Assembly (NCBI GenBank): GCA_044226015.1
Contig: JBGAHS010000005.1
Span: 128,001-192,000, forward strand
From: Candidatus Obscuribacteraceae bacterium
Lineage (GTDB): Bacteria > Cyanobacteriota > Vampirovibrionia > Obscuribacterales > Obscuribacteraceae
DNA: 64,000 bases
Direction of reading: 5' to 3'
Part shown: positions 1 to 8,488 of the stretch, in pieces
How the letters are laid out: every line of letters begins with the position of its first letter
How positions within the stretch are numbered: position 1 is the first letter of the stretch
Translations under genes and position numbers: made by a program
Notes under the pieces: model-generated
Told to the model about the DNA's origin: nothing
The model's database searches: none
What the model saw: only the letters and a program-made list of their open reading frames with translations

Positions 1-2
1 CC

Positions 3-875
3 GCCTCCGCAGTTGCATGCAATCTGGTTCAATTTGGTATTGCGTTGGACAGTGGCGCTGCGGTGCAAGTTTCGGCAAATAATTGTGGCATCTATGGCTG
101 GCGTCCCCGGCATGGTTCTGTTCCCATGGCTGGTGTGATACCAGTGGCGCCGTCATTTGATACAGTTGCTGTGGTGGCATCATCTGCCAAAAGTATTTTT
201 CCTGTAGCTGAGCTATTCTCTTCAGCGAGTAATGAGTCCGTCAATAAAAGCATTGAAATATATGTTTTGACTGACGCCTGGGAGAAGGCTAATCAGCAGA
301 TTAATGCAGTGCTGAAACAAGCTTTAACTAGTCTGGAATCAAATATTGCATTTAAATCGCGGCAAGTTAGCTTGAAGCAGATATGCACCGCAAATGGTGG
401 CAATGAAATTCAAAATTGGTATCAAACCTACATTGAATTGTATTGTATGGAAGCCTGGAGTAGTTTGGGCACGTGGGTGGAGGATCGCAAGCCTCAGCTC
501 GGTAAAGAAGCGAGAGTGAATGTACATCGTGCGCGCATGACCGATCGCAGCGAGTCTGCCAAACATTTTCGTAATCGTGAGATCTACTCGCGCGCTATCA
601 ACTCTTATCTAGCGGATAAAAAGATCATTTGTTATCCATCGAGTGCCGAGCTGGCTCCGGTCAGAGGATTCATATCGAGCCCTGAAGACCCTGGTGCTTA
701 TTACCCGAATACGTTGACTCTTGCTGCTATTTCTGCACTCGGACGATTGGCTACGCTCACCGTTCCCCTTGCAGAAAATGACGGCGTGCCAATTGGGCTT
801 ACTTTCGCTGCGGCGAATGAAGCGATTTTGCTCGCACTTCTAAAAAACATGCAGTTGGTTGCAGAAAAAGTCTAG
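3..875 (+). CDS. Amidase-signature family protein, 5'-truncated by window edge; nucleophile Ser apparently replaced
   Basis: Frame open from base 3: ASAVACNLVQFGIALDSGAAVQVSANNCGIYGWRPRHG...PSFDTV and C-terminal 'VPLAENDGVPIGL' match the amidase signature fold. Confidence 0.85.
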   Translation, partial: ASAVACNLVQFGIALDSGAAVQVSANNCGIYGWRPRHGSVPMAGVIPVAPSFDTVAVVASSAKSIFPVAELFSSASNESVNKSIEIYVLTDAWEKANQQINAVLKQALTSLESNIAFKSRQVSLKQICTANGGNEIQNWYQTYIELYCMEAWSSLGTWVEDRKPQLGKEARVNVHRARMTDRSESAKHFRNREIYSRAINSYLADKKIICYPSSAELAPVRGFISSPEDPGAYYPNTLTLAAISALGRLATLTVPLAENDGVPIGLTFAAANEAILLALLKNMQLVAEKV

Positions 876-890
876 GACAGGTACTGTCTC

Positions 891-1676
891 TTAGTGAGTA
901 ATTTTCTTGCTTACTCTGTCGATGCACTCTTGCAGTGATTCTTGAAACTTTGGATCGGCTTTCTCTTGCTTTCTAGCAGAATCGAGTGCCTGTTGATACT
1001 GAGTTTTTGCAACAAGCAAATTACCGGTCTTCTCGTTTGCCTGAGCCTGTTCGTAAAGTTCGAGAGCCTTTCCATCGCGTTTGAATTCACTTTTTGGTTT
1101 TGGTGCAACGACCATTTCTCCCATTTGGAATTTGCCGCCCTTGTTAACATCTTGCTTCTTGGAACCAGTGCCGCATTCGCCTCCCATCATTATTTTCTTT
1201 CCTGCGCCGTTTCCTGGAGGCGGCAGAGCAATAGCCCCACCAGTCATAACTGGTCGTGGTCCAGAGGGCGTATTATGCGGAATGCTCGGTTTACCATCAA
1301 CAGCAATCGGCTCTTCGTTTTTGATTTCAGCTGATTGCGCGTATGCGCCGCCTTTTGATGAAGGAACAAACGCAAGAATAGATGCTGCAGCACCAGCGAT
1401 GAGTTTATAAATCATTCGAGCACGATTCCGCAGCGCTCGCAGCCCTACGGGGCAGTTGTCGGTCATTACTTTGCCATCTGCTCTTCGATATAGCCTTACG
1501 CATTGAGAAGTACCATTCTCTTCCAAAAATGTTTGTGCTTCCCCTGCAGTCATATCTGATAAATTGTAGACGTTTTTCGAGCACGAAGAGCAAAAGCGCA
1601 CACGCTCGTCACCTGGCATTTGTTCCCACGAAATTGGGCACGGTGCGGCAATAACAACTCGATTTAGTTCGTCCAT
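891..1676 (-). CDS. Hypothetical protein: Cys-rich N-terminal domain, hydrophobic segment, low-complexity linker, TPR-like C-terminal helices
   Basis: 261 aa ORF; PCPISW..RFCSSC..CVR..DNCP; GGAGA RBS; paralogous to 1730-2635. Confidence 0.8.
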   Translation of the reverse strand: MDELNRVVIAAPCPISWEQMPGDERVRFCSSCSKNVYNLSDMTAGEAQTFLEENGTSQCVRLYRRADGKVMTDNCPVGLRALRNRARMIYKLIAGAAASILAFVPSSKGGAYAQSAEIKNEEPIAVDGKPSIPHNTPSGPRPVMTGGAIALPPPGNGAGKKIMMGGECGTGSKKQDVNKGGKFQMGEMVVAPKPKSEFKRDGKALELYEQAQANEKTGNLLVAKTQYQQALDSARKQEKADPKFQESLQECIDRVSKKITH

Positions 1677-1729
1677 ATTCTCTCCAGTGTTGGTGCGTCT
1701 AAAGTTCGTTTAGTGCATATCAACGATGA

Positions 1730-2635
1730 TCAGCTCATCATCTTGTTTTTCAAATTTTTCAACGAACGATTCATCAGATTTAGGAAGTTCGGATCCCCTT
1801 GATATTGTTGCTGCGCAGCGATAACTGCTTCCTGATATTGCAAGAGCGCCAGAAGCTGGTTTCCTTGAGTTTCATTTTCTTGCGCCATTTTGAATATGTC
1901 GTAAGCGCGTGAATCTGCTTTAGTTTTTTCTTTCTTCGATTCTTTGCTCTGTGGTGCCGGGGGTGTTTGTTCTTTCGCACTTGGAGCTGAGGATCCCGGT
2001 TTGCTCGCTGAAGGCTGCGTGCTCGGGGTGCCCAGCTGGGGAGCTGGGCTGTGGGTGGCATTAGAGTTCGATCTTGGAGCCACCATTTTTCCCATTACCA
2101 CGTGCTTTCGTTGGTTCGGAGCTGCTTCTTTTGTGTCGTTTGAATTGCACTCTCCACCCAGCATAATCTTTGGATTCTTGCGTGCATTTGGCATCGCGAC
2201 GTTACCTTTTGTCTCGACCGTTCCTGTCGGGGGAATGTAGACGTCTCCACGCAATTCCTGGTGCTGCTGTCTTGATTGGTCTGGTGATTGTGGATTGGCT
2301 TGTTGCGCGCCGGCTTTCCCTGGAATGAACGCGAAAATCGCTGCTGCAATACCTGCCCCCAGTTTTATGCCGGTCATGATTCTGTTTCTGACAAGGCGAA
2401 GACCCTTTGGGCAGTTGTCTGTCATCATCTTGCCGTCAGTTCGTCTGAAAATCCTTATGCACTCCGTGCTTCCGTTTTTCTCGAAGAACTCATTTGCTTC
2501 TGCATCGGTCATATCTGCGATGTTGTAAACGTTCTTGTTGCAGCCACTGCAATGTCTAACTCTGTCATCACCATTCATGTTGTCCCATGAAATAGGGCAA
2601 GGTGCTGCAATTACAACTTCGTCCAGTATTGCCAT
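1730..2635 (-). CDS. Hypothetical protein, tandem paralogue of 891-1676
   Basis: 301 aa ORF with the same Cys pattern (PCPISW..RHCSGC..CIR..DNCP); GGAGA RBS. Confidence 0.8.
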   Translation of the reverse strand: MAILDEVVIAAPCPISWDNMNGDDRVRHCSGCNKNVYNIADMTDAEANEFFEKNGSTECIRIFRRTDGKMMTDNCPKGLRLVRNRIMTGIKLGAGIAAAIFAFIPGKAGAQQANPQSPDQSRQQHQELRGDVYIPPTGTVETKGNVAMPNARKNPKIMLGGECNSNDTKEAAPNQRKHVVMGKMVAPRSNSNATHSPAPQLGTPSTQPSASKPGSSAPSAKEQTPPAPQSKESKKEKTKADSRAYDIFKMAQENETQGNQLLALLQYQEAVIAAQQQYQGDPNFLNLMNRSLKNLKNKMMS

Positions 2636-2829
2636 GTTAAATCTCCGAATCGCTCTGTTTCGAATATAGTTGAGTTATTCCTCGGACACTACCGGAAAAT
2701 CACACAAGGAATCTAGGGTTAATCCTGAAAGCCGTGGCAGATTAAATCAATGAGCGGGGGCAAAGGTCTTGTGGTACAAGAGACATATAGAATCTCCTGC
2801 TTGCTGAACCCATAGATGGTTGCCATTTA

Positions 2830-3777
2830 ATGCGAAAACTCTCGCACCTTAAGTTTGTATTGTCTGCATCGCTTGTTCTGGCGTTTTGTTCGAGCAGTGT
2901 TATGGCCATGAATGCACAGGACAAGTTGGGTTCTGTGGAGATGATTATTGTAGGAAATAAAAATTCAAAAGCGCCAATCGAAGTGCGAATTAAATCCCTG
3001 GAAATAAAAGTATTTGGCAAAGCTCAATCAGGCAATCTTAGTTCAAGAATAAGCTCGCTGGAAAAATTCGCTGGATGCGAAAACAGTAGTGACTCAATGC
3101 CTGTGACAGCTCCTCCGATAAGGCATGACGAGCCAGTTGCTCACTCAAGTTCTGTCAAGAAAGTCCCCGAGTTGAGAGGCTCGAAAAAGACTAATGAGCC
3201 TTTGGATTCAAGATTGGAGGCTGCAGTAAAGTTGCATCATAATGGAAAGACTTTCGAGGCCGAACAGTCGCTGAGAAAGATTCTTGAGGAAAACCCAAAA
3301 AACGCCGATGCCTTTTTCAGTTTGGGTGCTATTGCTGAATCACGCGGTGATTTTCGCGCGGCATTGGAGTACTACACTACTGCAATGCAATACAACCCAA
3401 ATGATTCTGAAGCCAAAGATGCCGTTGCCGATTTGAGCAGGCGGCTGACAAGTCAACAGAGCAGTGCTGAGCAACCCGTGTTCTCCAATCCTCTTGCTGC
3501 CACTGTGCCACCTCCCGAGCCTAGCGCACCTGGTGTTCCGGTTCTGCAAGGGCGCGCGTGGGATGTGAATGCGAATGCTAATGCTAATGCCTCACCCGAT
3601 AGATTTCGGGGGCATGCACCACTTTCGGTGACTTTACCTACTGTTCCTACGGCAAATGTAAGCCAGAATGGTAGACCTAATACATTTGCACGAGCGCTGA
3701 CTCGAGCCGCTGTCGGAGCAGCATTGAGTGGAACGGGGCTACATTGCCCGATGTGTCACATCCTGAATGGATTTTGA
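2830..3777 (+). CDS. Exported TPR protein with C-terminal HCPMCH motif
   Basis: Signal-peptide-like N-terminus; TPR motifs (NPKNADAFFSLGAIAESRGDFRAALEYY); CxxCH at 3745-3759. Confidence 0.8.
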   Translation: MRKLSHLKFVLSASLVLAFCSSSVMAMNAQDKLGSVEMIIVGNKNSKAPIEVRIKSLEIKVFGKAQSGNLSSRISSLEKFAGCENSSDSMPVTAPPIRHDEPVAHSSSVKKVPELRGSKKTNEPLDSRLEAAVKLHHNGKTFEAEQSLRKILEENPKNADAFFSLGAIAESRGDFRAALEYYTTAMQYNPNDSEAKDAVADLSRRLTSQQSSAEQPVFSNPLAATVPPPEPSAPGVPVLQGRAWDVNANANANASPDRFRGHAPLSVTLPTVPTANVSQNGRPNTFARALTRAAVGAALSGTGLHCPMCHILNGF

Positions 3778-3778
3778 T

Positions 3779-4204
3779 ATGTTCAAGCTGCTTCCAGTTG
3801 TTGCTATCGTTCTTGCTTCGATTTCGCTGCTCTCACAAACTGCGAGGGCAGAACAAACCGAGCATAAAATTCGAATTAGTCGTCCACAGTCAAACGAAGT
3901 GCATGCTGCGCTTGACGCTAAACCTGCCGTTAAGTCTAACGTAGGTGGGTTGAGCACGAGGTGGTGGCGAAAATTCAAAAATCCATCTTTTTGCCCGTAT
4001 ATGATCTGCGGTAGTTCGTGTGCAGACATTTCAGGCATGCCTCGAATTGGCTCATATAGTCAGGACGAGCTGATGTCTGGCGATACTCCCTGCGGCTTGA
4101 AGGAGTTGAATGCTCTCGAGAAGCCAGCGTCTTGCTGCATGCCTGATACTGTTGATCATTCTTATTCCTGCCCAGAAGAAAGCTGTACTGAGGCGCAAAA
4201 ATAG
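3779..4204 (+). CDS. Small exported Cys-rich hypothetical protein
   Basis: MFKLL... signal peptide ending ARA|EQ; 8 Cys in the C-terminal half; ATG 1 nt after the upstream stop (alternative start 3767). Confidence 0.65.
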   Translation: MFKLLPVVAIVLASISLLSQTARAEQTEHKIRISRPQSNEVHAALDAKPAVKSNVGGLSTRWWRKFKNPSFCPYMICGSSCADISGMPRIGSYSQDELMSGDTPCGLKELNALEKPASCCMPDTVDHSYSCPEESCTEAQK

Positions 4205-4306
4205 TCAATCGACTATCCCCACCGATGGTGGCAGTCAAGGGTAGACTCTTAGATTGTTTGTCATCATAATGGTGTCAAAAGCGATACCATTAAAGTGGAT
4301 TTGGCG

Positions 4307-5077
4307 ATGAACAAAAACAGACTTAAACAGCTCACTATCATGCCCTTTATTGCGGCTCTTTCTGCGTGCACCGTAATCGACCCTGGTGAAGTTGGTGTCA
4401 AAGTGAGCATGGGGAAAATGGATCGTGATTTAATGAAATCCGGCATGCATTTCATAGTTCCTGGCGTTGATTCAGTATTTCGGTATTCAAACAAACAAGA
4501 GACTGTCGCAGGTTCGGCGGTGCCCTTAACTAGTGACCAGCAGCCCATCACCTTGCAATATAAGGTGCTGTTCAATCTTCCCGAGGGAGAAGTTTTGACT
4601 CTCTACGAAAAATACTCGGGAGACCCCTATCAGAAGTTGGTCGACCCTCAGATCCAGGAAGCTTTCAGGCAAGTGGTGGCGCAATACAAGGCAGATCAGG
4701 CAACAAAGAATGTTAACACCATAAAAAATCAAGTTTTGTCTTTGACCAGAGAGAATGTGAAAGGGCTCGTCAATGTGACGGATATTCCAATAACACATGT
4801 TGACCTGCCTGAGGTATTGCAGCAAGCTATCGCACAAAAGCAAGTAATGGAGCAGCAAGCACTTCAGAAACAGTATGAATTAGATAAAGCTCGTAAGGAG
4901 GCAGAAATTACCGTTGCTGCCGCTGAGGCACAAGCCAAGTCGATTCAACTTCAGAGTGATGCATTGCAAAAATCGCCCCAACTAATTGAGTACGAAAAAG
5001 TAAAGCGATGGGACGGCAAGCTTCCCAACACTGTCATCAGTGGTGGCTCTAACGGAACAATGTTTCAATTGAAGTAA
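4307..5077 (+). CDS. SPFH/Band 7/prohibitin family (lipo)protein
   Basis: LSAC lipobox; TVIDPGEVGV; coiled-coil AEAQAKS; C-terminal RWDGKLP. Confidence 0.9.
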   Translation: MNKNRLKQLTIMPFIAALSACTVIDPGEVGVKVSMGKMDRDLMKSGMHFIVPGVDSVFRYSNKQETVAGSAVPLTSDQQPITLQYKVLFNLPEGEVLTLYEKYSGDPYQKLVDPQIQEAFRQVVAQYKADQATKNVNTIKNQVLSLTRENVKGLVNVTDIPITHVDLPEVLQQAIAQKQVMEQQALQKQYELDKARKEAEITVAAAEAQAKSIQLQSDALQKSPQLIEYEKVKRWDGKLPNTVISGGSNGTMFQLK

Positions 5078-5113
5078 CTTCTTCGGGGGCGAGCTTAATT
5101 CTTATCTTGGTGA

Positions 5114-5173
5114 AACCTTTATTCTGAACTTTGTGCTGAGCATAGTCCTGAGTTAAGCCTTGAGCTTAGCCTG
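5114..5173. repeat. Degenerate 12-bp tandem repeat (5 units)
   Basis: AACCTTTATTCT/GAACTTTGTGCT/GAGCATAGTCCT/GAGTTAAGCCTT/GAGCTTAGCCTG. Confidence 0.4.
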
Positions 5174-5302
5174 ATCGTAGTGATGGTAGCTTAGTCCTGG
5201 GATGCTTGAGAAAAGCTTCAATAAACCTGAAATGTACGACCATGCCGAGATGGTTAAGCCTCACTAAGCCTGCAGGTGCAAAATCCTGCCTGATCGGCTA
5301 AA

Positions 5303-6547
5303 ATGCTTCTTCAGCATAGTTTTGTGGGCGCCTTTATGAGCTTTTTTATCAGGTTCGAGTCTGCTTTGCCGCTGGCAGCAGCATCTTTGGTGTTTTTGCT
5401 TAGCTCTTCTTTCTCTCCAGCCTTTGCAAACTCACCTAAACAAGCGGTAGTTAGCAGCTCTAGCGCACTCTCATCGCATACTGATCAGCTTGTTCAGCTT
5501 GTCCAGGTCTATCTGCAGAATGCCGGGCGATGGTCACCCATGCCTCAAGGTGCTGACATGCAGCTGTGTCAAGCATTGCAAGATTTCCAGAAGAAAGTGA
5601 AGACTTTGCGGAATGATGCAAATGGTTCCTTCCGGACAGCACAGTCTGATTTGCAAAATCTACAATTTCAGTCCCAGGTTCTTGAACAACTTTTGAACAA
5701 GCAGGTAAGTTCGCCAGTGGTGGGTACAGGGTGGCTGCAAGTGCGCAATGACTTGTTGAGCATCAGTCAAAGTATGACCCTACCTATGGGCGTGATGGAT
5801 GCCGATGCTTACTACGAAGGAAGAAGCATTTCAAACGGTTACGTTCCGAATGGCTACAATCCGAATGGTGTAGCGCCTAATCCCTTCGCTGGAAACATGG
5901 TGCCAGGTGCTGTGGTACCAGGTACAGTGCTTCCAAATGGTATGCCGGTTGGCGGCGTCTCTCCGTTCGGGTATAACCCTACCAACATAAACATCACTGA
6001 AAACAGTACATTCGACCCCCGTCCCAGTTTTCAGGGAAATTTCAATAATTTTGGTTCATTTCAAAACGGCTATGGCGGTTTCGGCGGCCCGGGAAACTAT
6101 GGGAATATGCCTAACAATTACGGTGGAATGCAAAACAATTTCGCCAATAACCCCCATGCGAATATGTCGAATGTTAGCTCTTCGTTAGCATCTGCTGATG
6201 AGCAGTCCGAGCGCTTCGTTAAACAGCTGACCAAGTTTTTGCAAATGAGAGGGCAATGGCCGCCAACAGGAGGCACACCAGCCATGGTGCTTTGTCAGAA
6301 TGTTCAATCGTTTCAACAGCAGCTTCGTAAGCTAAATTCAGATATGAGATCAAATCAGTCTTATGCTGTATTGCAAACCGAAATGCAGCAGTTGGGAGCT
6401 GTTTCCCAATCAATCGACCAACAACTTATGCAAACTGGTGTCACAGCTGATGTAAGTGGTCGCTGGAATGAGGTGAGAACATCGATGAATTCTGCGTACC
6501 AGTTATTTTATTCAGCAGGTTCTAATGGCTACATGTGGATGAGGTAA
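5303..6547 (+). CDS. Exported hypothetical protein with a duplicated helical domain flanking a G/N/P-rich linker
   Basis: Signal peptide ending AFA|N; two ~100 aa segments share L-Q-x-x-G-x-W...LCQ...F-Q...W-x-x-VR; start could be 5336. Confidence 0.8.
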   Translation: MLLQHSFVGAFMSFFIRFESALPLAAASLVFLLSSSFSPAFANSPKQAVVSSSSALSSHTDQLVQLVQVYLQNAGRWSPMPQGADMQLCQALQDFQKKVKTLRNDANGSFRTAQSDLQNLQFQSQVLEQLLNKQVSSPVVGTGWLQVRNDLLSISQSMTLPMGVMDADAYYEGRSISNGYVPNGYNPNGVAPNPFAGNMVPGAVVPGTVLPNGMPVGGVSPFGYNPTNINITENSTFDPRPSFQGNFNNFGSFQNGYGGFGGPGNYGNMPNNYGGMQNNFANNPHANMSNVSSSLASADEQSERFVKQLTKFLQMRGQWPPTGGTPAMVLCQNVQSFQQQLRKLNSDMRSNQSYAVLQTEMQQLGAVSQSIDQQLMQTGVTADVSGRWNEVRTSMNSAYQLFYSAGSNGYMWMR

Positions 6548-6548
6548 G

Positions 6549-8486
6549 ATGAAAATAAAATCGACGGCTGCTCTGATAGCAATACTGGCTTCAACTCTGG
6601 CAGTATCTGCTTACACCCCTGGTGATAATTTACATTCTTCCGGAATTCCCGCCATTCCTGATTCACTTGTGGATGCCGTTGATCGATACACCGAGTTTAG
6701 AACTGCAGGCATGGAAAGCTGGCATCCTGTAAAGCGTGAACTCCTCATTAAAACTCGATTTGCCGATACGGCTCAGGTTCACAGAGTGGGTTTTCCTGCT
6801 GCTGAAAGAAAGCAACTTACGTTTTTCAAAGACAGCGTGACCTCTGCCAGTTACCAACCAACCACTGGCGACTATTTCGTTTTTGCCAAGGATGCTGGCG
6901 GAAATGAAAATTATCAGCTCTTCAAGTTTGACACCAAATCTGGTGCTATCGAACTGCTCACCGACGGGCAGTCTCGTAACACTGCTGGACCATGGTCCAA
7001 TAAAGGTGATCAGATGGCATATGAGTCCAACCGAAGAAACAAGAAAGACATGGACATCTATGTAATGAATCCGCTGACAAAAAGGGAAAGACTCTTTGCT
7101 GAAATGGAAGGTGGCGGGTTCTCTGTCAGCGACTGGTCTCCAGATGACAAATCGCTACTAGTGACCGAAGAAATTTCAATCAACGAATCCTATCTATGGT
7201 TGATGGACATTGAAACAGGTAAGAAGACTCTTTTAACCCCGAAAGTAAAAGACTCGCAGATTGCCTACAATTCCGCAAAATTCTCTCGTGATGGAAATGG
7301 CATCTATGTCTCATGCGATAAGGATGCCGAATTTTGTCGCTTGACCTACATCGATTTGAAAACGATGAAACACGACGCGATCACCGATAAATTAGATTGG
7401 GACGTTGCTAGTTTCCAGCAATCTTGGGATGGCAAATGGATTGCTTACATCAGCAATGAAGATTCCATTTTCAGAATGCACTTGATTGATGCGAAGACGT
7501 ATAAAGAGCAGAAGTTGCCAGAGCTGCCTAAAGGCGAAATTTCCGGTGTTGAGTGGCACAAGAATAATGAAGATTTGGCGTTTCAGATGGAAACTGCGCA
7601 GTATCCCTCGGACGTTTATTCTTACAATCTGAAGACGCAGAAGGTTGATCGGTGGACAGAAAGCGAAACTGGCGGACTTAACACTGCAGATTTTTCAGAG
7701 CCTGAACTAATTCACTGGAAGAGTTTCGACGGCAAGCAGATTTCTGGTTTACTCTACCTTCCGCCCAAGAAGTTCTCTGGCAAGAGACCAGTTCTTATGA
7801 TTATCCATGGTGGACCCGAAGGACAGTCTACCGCTGGTTTCAACGGTAAGTTGAATTATTACTTGAACGAACTTGGCGTTGCGATAATCTTTCCGAATGT
7901 GCGTGGTTCTGCGGGCTATGGAAAGTCATATCTAAAAGCTGATAACGGTTTTTTGCGTGAAGGAAGCTACAAAGATATTGATGCCCTCTTCGACTTCATT
8001 AAAGCCTCTGACAAGCTTGATTCTGATAAAGTAATGGTTACTGGCGGAAGCTATGGTGGCTTCATGACATTGGCAGTTGCTTGCAATTACGCTGATAAGA
8101 TTAAGTGTGCTCTTGACGTTGTAGGTCCATCGAACTTCGTCACATTCCTCGAGCGAACTGAGGGCTATCGCCGTGATTTGCGTCGCTGTGAATATGGAGA
8201 TGAGCGAGATCCCAAGATGAGGGAATTCCTCGAAAAGATTGCACCTCGCAACAAGGCTGATAAAATTACCAAGCCACTGTTTGTGGTGCAAGGAAAGAAC
8301 GATCCTCGAGTTCCAGCGTTAGAATCTGAGGACATGGTGAATGTAATTCGTAAGAAAGGCACGCCTGTCTGGTATCTTCTAGCTGATGATGAAGGGCATG
8401 GCTTCCGTAAAAAGAAAAATGCCGATTACCAGTTCTTTTCGACTATTCTGTTCCTAAAGAAATATTTGCTAGAGGAAAATAGCTAA
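6549..8486 (+). CDS. S9 family (prolyl oligopeptidase/acylaminoacyl peptidase-like) serine peptidase, exported
   Basis: Beta-propeller repeats (WSPD, FSRDG); HGGP, GGSYGG nucleophile, NDPRV Asp, DEGHGF His. Confidence 0.95.
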   Translation: MKIKSTAALIAILASTLAVSAYTPGDNLHSSGIPAIPDSLVDAVDRYTEFRTAGMESWHPVKRELLIKTRFADTAQVHRVGFPAAERKQLTFFKDSVTSASYQPTTGDYFVFAKDAGGNENYQLFKFDTKSGAIELLTDGQSRNTAGPWSNKGDQMAYESNRRNKKDMDIYVMNPLTKRERLFAEMEGGGFSVSDWSPDDKSLLVTEEISINESYLWLMDIETGKKTLLTPKVKDSQIAYNSAKFSRDGNGIYVSCDKDAEFCRLTYIDLKTMKHDAITDKLDWDVASFQQSWDGKWIAYISNEDSIFRMHLIDAKTYKEQKLPELPKGEISGVEWHKNNEDLAFQMETAQYPSDVYSYNLKTQKVDRWTESETGGLNTADFSEPELIHWKSFDGKQISGLLYLPPKKFSGKRPVLMIIHGGPEGQSTAGFNGKLNYYLNELGVAIIFPNVRGSAGYGKSYLKADNGFLREGSYKDIDALFDFIKASDKLDSDKVMVTGGSYGGFMTLAVACNYADKIKCALDVVGPSNFVTFLERTEGYRRDLRRCEYGDERDPKMREFLEKIAPRNKADKITKPLFVVQGKNDPRVPALESEDMVNVIRKKGTPVWYLLADDEGHGFRKKKNADYQFFSTILFLKKYLLEENS

Positions 8487-8488
8487 TC

